Assembly (NCBI GenBank): GCA_018813725.1
Contig: JAHJBD010000045.1
Span: 1-32,048, forward strand
Length of the DNA stretch: 32,048 nucleotides
DNA from: Nanobdellota archaeon
GTDB taxonomy: Archaea; Nanobdellota; Nanobdellia; Woesearchaeales; JAHJBD01
Reading direction: 5' to 3'
Below are positions 1 to 4,907 of the stretch, piece by piece. Below the pieces are notes generated by a model that was not told the DNA's origin, made no database searches, and saw only the letters and a program-made list of their open reading frames with translations. Each line of letters starts with the position of its first letter. Within the stretch, counting starts at the first letter, position 1. Position numbers and translations under genes: made by a program.

Positions 1-274
1 CAGCTTGTTCTATGCCAGTCTCTGTAAGTTCAGCAAAAGAGCATCGTCCCTGGAACATACCCTTTGCATCTTCTCTAACATTGACTTCTGATTGTCCATG
101 TCTTACAAAAAAGAACTGATGCGAGGTTGGGTATCTGACACAGGTAGAAGGTACTATATTTCCCATCATCGTGCAGAGCTGTTCAGTGCAATATTCCATA
201 AGGTCCAGGTCATATGTAAGCGTACCGCAATTGTAACAATCCTTGTCAACCCTTGGAGGAGCTATTCCTATCAT
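1..274 (-). CDS. Histidine phosphatase superfamily protein (PGAM/CobC-like), N-terminal part only; gene runs off the left edge
   Basis: Not in the ORF track because there is no stop in the window. Reverse-complement translation from the ATG at 274..272 gives MIGIAPPRVDKDCYNCGTLTYDLDLMEYCTEQLCTMMGNIVPSTCVRYPTSHQFFFVRHGQSEVNVREDAKGMFQGRCSFAELTETGIEQA... The pattern RHG-x5-N ... QG ... LTE.G..QA is the histidine phosphatase signature (RHG codons at 103..95). The ATG overlaps the TGA of the upstream radical SAM gene (ATGA at 274..271). An internal Met start (MMGNIV) is also possible. Confidence 0.75.
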   Translation of the reverse strand, partial: MIGIAPPRVDKDCYNCGTLTYDLDLMEYCTEQLCTMMGNIVPSTCVRYPTSHQFFFVRHGQSEVNVREDAKGMFQGRCSFAELTETGIEQA

Positions 275-1098
275 CTTTTCATCCTCCCAGCAATAACCTT
301 TTCACGTTCGGCAATATTCCTGTTAATCTCATCCAATATATTTTGGTTCCATGTTTCTGGTTTCAGGATATTGCCTGCTTGTACATAATCCTCTCCTACA
401 GTAGTGTACATATTTCCGTCTGGCATGATGAACAGGTATGCGATGTCGTGTACTGGAACGCTGTATCTGACTGGGATTACTCCTGCAAATCTTTCCACAG
501 TCTTTTGAGCGACAGTTTCGAATTCTTCATAATCCAACCTAAACTTCTCAGGGTGTCTTCCAATAGCCTGATAGTAGTTTAATTTCCAGGTGAATCTTGG
601 ATTATCGGCATATTTTTTCAGGACTGCGCCAATATCGTCAAGAATGTCTTTATTCTTTTTTGTCACAACAGTCAGTACCTGGAAACTAATATCTGGATAT
701 TTGGAGGTTATATCTAATGCTTGCAGCACATTGGCAAAATGTCCTGGCTTCCTTGCTTGAGCATTAGTCTCATCGTTATAACCATCTAAACTGAAAGAGG
801 TCTTGTCAACATATGGCAGTATCTCTTTATGTCTTTGTCCCAAAAGATTCGTGTTTGTGAAAAGAAAAGTGGTCAAACCATCTTGTTTGGCCCTGTATAG
901 CATATCAGGAAGCTTATCTTCCAATAGGGGTTCTCCGCCAGTGAATACCAACTGTTTGACTCCATTTTCTGTTACAGCATCAATCACATCAATAGGCATA
1001 TCCTTCTTGTAGTCTGGCATATTTGAACCCCAACAGACGCCACAGTTCATGTCACACTTTCTGGTGACAATGTAGTCAACGCTATTTGGAAAGCTCAT
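271..1098 (-). CDS. Radical SAM enzyme with a single 4Fe-4S cluster, viperin(RSAD2)-like motif order
   Basis: 275-aa ORF. It has CDMNCGVC (CxxxCxxC, ~1033..1059) and the FTGGEPLL SAM-binding motif. There are no other cysteines, so no SPASM/twitch auxiliary cluster. Its landmarks are collinear with viperin as I recall it: SVDYIVTRKC..NCGVC, GGEPLL, FSLDGYNDE, NPRFTWKLNYYQ, DYEEFE, AYLFIMPDGNMY. Both ends overlap neighbouring genes by ATGA. Radical SAM membership is near certain; the viperin-like subfamily call is a hypothesis (~0.45). Confidence 0.88.
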   Translation of the reverse strand: MSFPNSVDYIVTRKCDMNCGVCWGSNMPDYKKDMPIDVIDAVTENGVKQLVFTGGEPLLEDKLPDMLYRAKQDGLTTFLFTNTNLLGQRHKEILPYVDKTSFSLDGYNDETNAQARKPGHFANVLQALDITSKYPDISFQVLTVVTKKNKDILDDIGAVLKKYADNPRFTWKLNYYQAIGRHPEKFRLDYEEFETVAQKTVERFAGVIPVRYSVPVHDIAYLFIMPDGNMYTTVGEDYVQAGNILKPETWNQNILDEINRNIAEREKVIAGRMKR

Positions 1099-2099
1099 CT
1101 CCAGAAAAAAGTCCCTCCTTTCTTTAGTCCTTCATATCTGACCTTGTCTTTTGGATTCTTGTATCCTGGGATGTATACTGTCGGCTCAAATGTTAAGAAT
1201 TCAAGACCTGTTGGCCGGTTATTATACCCTATCAAAGTCATCGCAGTTTTTAGGTGATGCGCAAACCCTTCATATAAGGAATTGATGGACTCCGCTTCCA
1301 TAAGTTGACCTTTTTGCCTTCTCGTCTTTATTGCAAAGGCTTGGGCATCTACTATGTATATCCCTGCTAGTGCCAACCAGTCTGGATCATCAACAACCCG
1401 GCGTGGCATGCAGGGGTGTTCATATATTCTTTGCTCTCTTTGATTGATCCTGGCAAATCTTGTGTGGCTGTCTTGATAATTTGCAAGTTCTTCTGCTAAT
1501 TCATCTTTTGTTCTGTTAGACCCATCTGATAATCTTCTGGCAAAAACCATCGCCTCTCTTTGGCTTTGGACCAATCCATGCAGTGCGTTAATGATGTCTG
1601 GAAAGTATACACCGAATTTTGCTCCGTCAACTAATGCAATATATTTTGGCGGTTTGACAAAATGCCTGATGAAAGTGACTGAGCCGTTTGATGCTGTTAT
1701 CTGCAACCCGTCAACCGAATGCATAGGTCTATGGTGCGCGTCATATAATTGGTCTTCAGACTGTAGTATGAAGCTAGTCCTATGTCCAAAGTTGTTATAC
1801 GGTGACAGTAGGTCCACATAAACTGGTTTTTGTTCTGCTAAAAGGTGAAGGTAGAAGGGTACTTCTTTAGGCACATCCTGCATCACGTTAGATAATGGCC
1901 TGTCACCATCAACCAATAAAGCTAGTGGTTTTGGCTGTTTGCAGTCTGCTCTCCTGCCTCTGCCGCCGCATTGGATAACGATAGCAAAATCATCAGAACG
2001 CATCAATTGCTCATATGTGGATAGCGCTTCTGTGCTTATCGGCGGTGTCCTATTTGCTTGGATGCATCTTTCGATGAGCTGATCGAGAGTTTTTGTCAT
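1095..2099 (-). CDS. Putative nucleotidyltransferase (UDP-sugar pyrophosphorylase/UDPGP-like N-terminal loop); otherwise uncharacterised
   Basis: The ORF track gives 1095..2111 with a TTG start; the first ATG (MTKTLDQ...) is at 2099. IVIQCGGRGRRADCKQPKPLALLV (~1952..1975 encodes QCGGRGRR) matches the GGxGxR...PK(P/S)L pyrophosphorylase loop of sugar nucleotidyltransferases. Later FILQSED...ASNGS...YIALVDGAKF loosely follows the UDPGP order. Its stop overlaps the radical SAM start (ATGA at 1098..1095). The CDS is confident; the function is low to moderate. Confidence 0.6.
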   Translation of the reverse strand: MTKTLDQLIERCIQANRTPPISTEALSTYEQLMRSDDFAIVIQCGGRGRRADCKQPKPLALLVDGDRPLSNVMQDVPKEVPFYLHLLAEQKPVYVDLLSPYNNFGHRTSFILQSEDQLYDAHHRPMHSVDGLQITASNGSVTFIRHFVKPPKYIALVDGAKFGVYFPDIINALHGLVQSQREAMVFARRLSDGSNRTKDELAEELANYQDSHTRFARINQREQRIYEHPCMPRRVVDDPDWLALAGIYIVDAQAFAIKTRRQKGQLMEAESINSLYEGFAHHLKTAMTLIGYNNRPTGLEFLTFEPTVYIPGYKNPKDKVRYEGLKKGGTFFWR

Positions 2100-2152
2100 T
2101 GAATTCACCAAATCTACGATATATTACGCTAATTTAGCATATATATCTATTC

Positions 2153-2177
2153 GATATAATTGATATATTGATATATC
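2153..2177. repeat. Three tandem 8-bp GATATAWT units (GATATAAT-T-GATATATT-GATATATC) in a divergent promoter region; candidate operator
   Basis: Read directly: 2153..2160, 2162..2169 and 2170..2177. The last unit, GATATATC, is a perfect palindrome. A fourth copy, GATATATT, lies at 2118..2125, and ATATATATC lies at ~2139..2147. The array sits immediately upstream of the TTTAAATA box of the AbrB-PhoU gene. The 2118 copy doubles as the likely TATA box of the minus-strand operon. Confidence 0.5.
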
Positions 2178-2188
2178 ATTTAGAAAGG

Positions 2189-2196
2189 TTTAAATA
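2189..2196 (+). promoter_or_regulatory. TATA box (TTTAAATA) of the AbrB-PhoU gene
   Basis: TTTAAATA ends 22 nt before the ATG at 2219. Many other genes in this window show the same spacing. Confidence 0.55.
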
Positions 2197-2218
2197 AACC
2201 AGAAGAATTGTAATCAGT

Positions 2219-3136
2219 ATGAAAAGGAAGGTTATCAAGCAGGGGAATGGGACGCTTACTATGACCTTGCCAAAAAAGTGGGCAGATTCAGTGGGACTTA
2301 CCGAGAATTCAGAGCTTGACATAATTGAGCAAGGACATAGTATTCAAGTGACTAGTTCCTCTGCTCAGAAAGGAACACAGATTGAGATCTCATTAGACTC
2401 CAATAATCGTACTTACATCAGGCAGGTTTTAAATAATATCTACTTAACAGGTTATGATGAAGTAAATGTTATTGATGTAGAGCCAGGCAGCTTAAAGACC
2501 ATCCGTGAGGTTATAGAAGATTTGCTTGGGTATCAGATTATCCAGTATTCAAGGAATAGCTGTTTGATAAGGAACCTTTCTAAAGAGGATGATACTGAAT
2601 TTTCAGCTCTACTTCGAAGAATCTTCTTGTTAGTCAAATTGCAACTTGATCTTATGATAGAGGATTTTTCTGGCCAAAAATTAGATAATCATCAGCAATT
2701 ATTTGAGATTGGCAAGTCAATCCATAGGTTTGTTTATTACTGCAGAAGACTGTTGATCAAGACTAGGATGTTTTCTAATTACAAATCCACAAGAATGTAT
2801 CTATTGATAACTAGGTTATTAACAATATCTCATAGTGTTGAATATCTATATGATTCGTTATCAGGTAGTCCAGTCATATCTAAACAAGAGCTAGAGTATT
2901 GCAAGGATACTGCTGAATATTTTCAATTATTTTACAGTCTATTCTATCAGTTGAAACACAAGTCGATCTATAAATTATCAGAGGGTAAAGAAGATCTTTT
3001 AGATCAACGCTTGCTTAAATTGTTATCATCAAAGAGTTCCAATCATATCGTGATCCATTATTGTGCCCAGATAATCAGGGATATCGCTAGAAATGGAGGT
3101 ATTCTTTTTACTCTGAAGGACGAGCATCTTTCATAA
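2219..3136 (+). CDS. AbrB/SpoVT-domain DNA-binding regulator with PhoU-like helical C-terminal domain (archaeal PhoU-type regulator)
   Basis: The N-terminus MKRKVIKQGNGTLTMTLPKKWADSVGL...SELDIIEQGHSIQV has the swapped-hairpin AbrB/SpoVT pattern (RKVq.tGgs..vtLPKkW). The remaining ~230 aa is all-helical, as in archaeal AbrB-PhoU proteins. The 3' end overlaps the convergent kinase gene by 29 nt (3108..3136). Confidence 0.7.
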   Translation: MKRKVIKQGNGTLTMTLPKKWADSVGLTENSELDIIEQGHSIQVTSSSAQKGTQIEISLDSNNRTYIRQVLNNIYLTGYDEVNVIDVEPGSLKTIREVIEDLLGYQIIQYSRNSCLIRNLSKEDDTEFSALLRRIFLLVKLQLDLMIEDFSGQKLDNHQQLFEIGKSIHRFVYYCRRLLIKTRMFSNYKSTRMYLLITRLLTISHSVEYLYDSLSGSPVISKQELEYCKDTAEYFQLFYSLFYQLKHKSIYKLSEGKEDLLDQRLLKLLSSKSSNHIVIHYCAQIIRDIARNGGILFTLKDEHLS

Positions 3137-4907
3137 ATGCCCTAAAACCTTTTTTTAGATCTTCTGTGAATTCAAAAGCGCTATGATATCTGTCTTCTGG
3201 CTTGTATTGTAGGGTTTTATCAATTACCTTGGCAACTTCTGGGTGAACATGGCTATAATCTACAGTTACCTGTGAGAATTTATCAGAATCACTTACAATT
3301 GCAACTATCTCTGTTGAATCATCAGATATTGGGTGGTGTCCTGTGAGCATATGATATAAGATTGCTCCAACTGAATAAAGGTCTGAGGCAGGCGTTAATG
3401 CTTGTTCTTGGTTAAGCAATTCCGGGCTTGAGTATCTTCTAGAAGCATAACCTTTAACCTCATGTGAATCAGAAGATGTCAAGCCGAAATCAATCAGATA
3501 TGTGCCTTTAGGTCCAATTATAATATTATTCGGAGAAACGTCATTGTGAACATAACCTCTGCTATGTATACCCCCCAGGACCTCTAAAACATGTATAAAG
3601 TATTCTGCTACTGTAGCTATCGCGATGCTGGTTGGGTGTCCTGATCTTATAGATTCTAGATGGTCAGCTATAACCTTATCTAAGGATATGCCTTCTACAT
3701 ACTCATATTTATCACAATTGACTTTTTTATCCATGACTTTTATTGCTATGTCACCATAGAAATTAGGTACACCTTTTACACCAGTCAAATCGTGCATAAC
3801 AGAGAATTCTTTTTCAGAAATGTACGCCAGGCCTATCTCTGTCATCTGCCTCCTCCCAGATGGGCTGTCTGCTTCTTGTTTTGGCACTAGCATAACTTCA
3901 CAAATATTTTTTCCTTGTGTAGGAAGTTCTTTTCTTATCAGTATTGCTGTAAATGTGCTTCCGTCACCGATTTTCCTTTCAGTATTGTAGTCAGGAACAT
4001 ACATTGCAGCCAGCTGGACTAATTCCTGTTCATTGTTGCATTGTGCTTCAGAAATTAGTCGGTTTAGATTATCTAGGAAACCCTTATCGTGTGATATATC
4101 AGGTGGAAGTTGGTATATCTCCTTGAATAGATATTCAGTTACATAAGGGTGGTCTTGGCATTCCATTGTTATAGCTAGCCTTGTTGCAGAAGCCAAATAT
4201 TCTTTTACCTTAGGTATGTCGAATTCAGTTGGCATATCTGCTCTAAAGTAGAAACAACGATATTGTTCCGGTGATGTAGTCAGAAATATATCTACTATTT
4301 GCCTTGCAAAATCAAAATGATCCATCAATGCGGCAACATAATCAGTATTAATCTGGTCAAGCTTAATTCTTCTTGCATGTTTGTCTGAAGTATCGGCTAC
4401 TGTCCTAACAAACTGGACAACCCTCTTGTTAGCAAGATCATGCACTCTATTTTCAAGCATTTGTTCTAGACCGCGGTTTGTGTATAAGTGTTCTCTAGGA
4501 GATGTGCATATTATATGTATAAGCTCTTCAGCATAACCTTCAATACGCGCATGACTTCCATAGTATCTTTCATCTTGGTTGTCTAGTTCACCTAAAACAT
4601 ATTGCCTGAATTTAAATCCGTCTGGGACAGCATGTGGTAGGCCGTCTGGCCTAAACCAGTAGTTATAAGATTCTACAACAGCTTCCGGAAGGTCTCTTTG
4701 AGCATTATTGAATGCTTCTATTATAGCATTATCACTGCATTCTTGTGAGAGTACAGTAACTAACCTTTCTATGTTGTCTAATATTTGCTCTCTTTTATCT
4801 GGGTCAAGGTGAGCACCATCTAAAACTAAATGATTTATTGTCTCGTGGATAGGTGCCAGCTGTGCTGCCAGTGCATCGTATTCTAGGCTGTAGATTGTAT
4901 TGATCAT
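3108..4907 (-). CDS. Hanks-type (eukaryotic-like) Ser/Thr protein kinase, non-RD, with ~345-aa N-terminal domain of unknown function
   Basis: The C-terminal ~250 aa carries the full kinase motif set: IGDGSTFTA (Gly loop), VMLVPK (Lys), HNDVSPNN (catalytic loop, ~3531..3551), IDFGL (DFG, ~3483..3497), YSSPELL (APE-like), DLYSVGAILYHMLTG, and PEDRY (subdomain XI Arg). I place the start at the Met of MINTIYSLEY (4907..4905), whose ATG overlaps the TGA of the NACHT gene. The longer track ORF (to 5039) would overlap that gene by 136 nt. Confidence 0.85.
   Translation of the reverse strand: MINTIYSLEYDALAAQLAPIHETINHLVLDGAHLDPDKREQILDNIERLVTVLSQECSDNAIIEAFNNAQRDLPEAVVESYNYWFRPDGLPHAVPDGFKFRQYVLGELDNQDERYYGSHARIEGYAEELIHIICTSPREHLYTNRGLEQMLENRVHDLANKRVVQFVRTVADTSDKHARRIKLDQINTDYVAALMDHFDFARQIVDIFLTTSPEQYRCFYFRADMPTEFDIPKVKEYLASATRLAITMECQDHPYVTEYLFKEIYQLPPDISHDKGFLDNLNRLISEAQCNNEQELVQLAAMYVPDYNTERKIGDGSTFTAILIRKELPTQGKNICEVMLVPKQEADSPSGRRQMTEIGLAYISEKEFSVMHDLTGVKGVPNFYGDIAIKVMDKKVNCDKYEYVEGISLDKVIADHLESIRSGHPTSIAIATVAEYFIHVLEVLGGIHSRGYVHNDVSPNNIIIGPKGTYLIDFGLTSSDSHEVKGYASRRYSSPELLNQEQALTPASDLYSVGAILYHMLTGHHPISDDSTEIVAIVSDSDKFSQVTVDYSHVHPEVAKVIDKTLQYKPEDRYHSAFEFTEDLKKGFRAFMKDARPSE

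Noticed and set aside
92-582. Plus-strand ORFs 92..388 and 253..582
   Set aside because: They are antisense to the histidine phosphatase and radical SAM genes, which carry strong motifs. Their low-complexity Ser/Phe/Ile-rich translations are typical of shadow ORFs.
2219-3136. AbrB-domain protein as the antitoxin of a toxin-antitoxin pair
   Set aside because: At 305 aa with a large helical (PhoU-like) C-terminal domain, it is not a ~80-aa MazE/VapB-type antitoxin. There is no adjacent small toxin gene, and the neighbours are convergent or divergent rather than co-directional.
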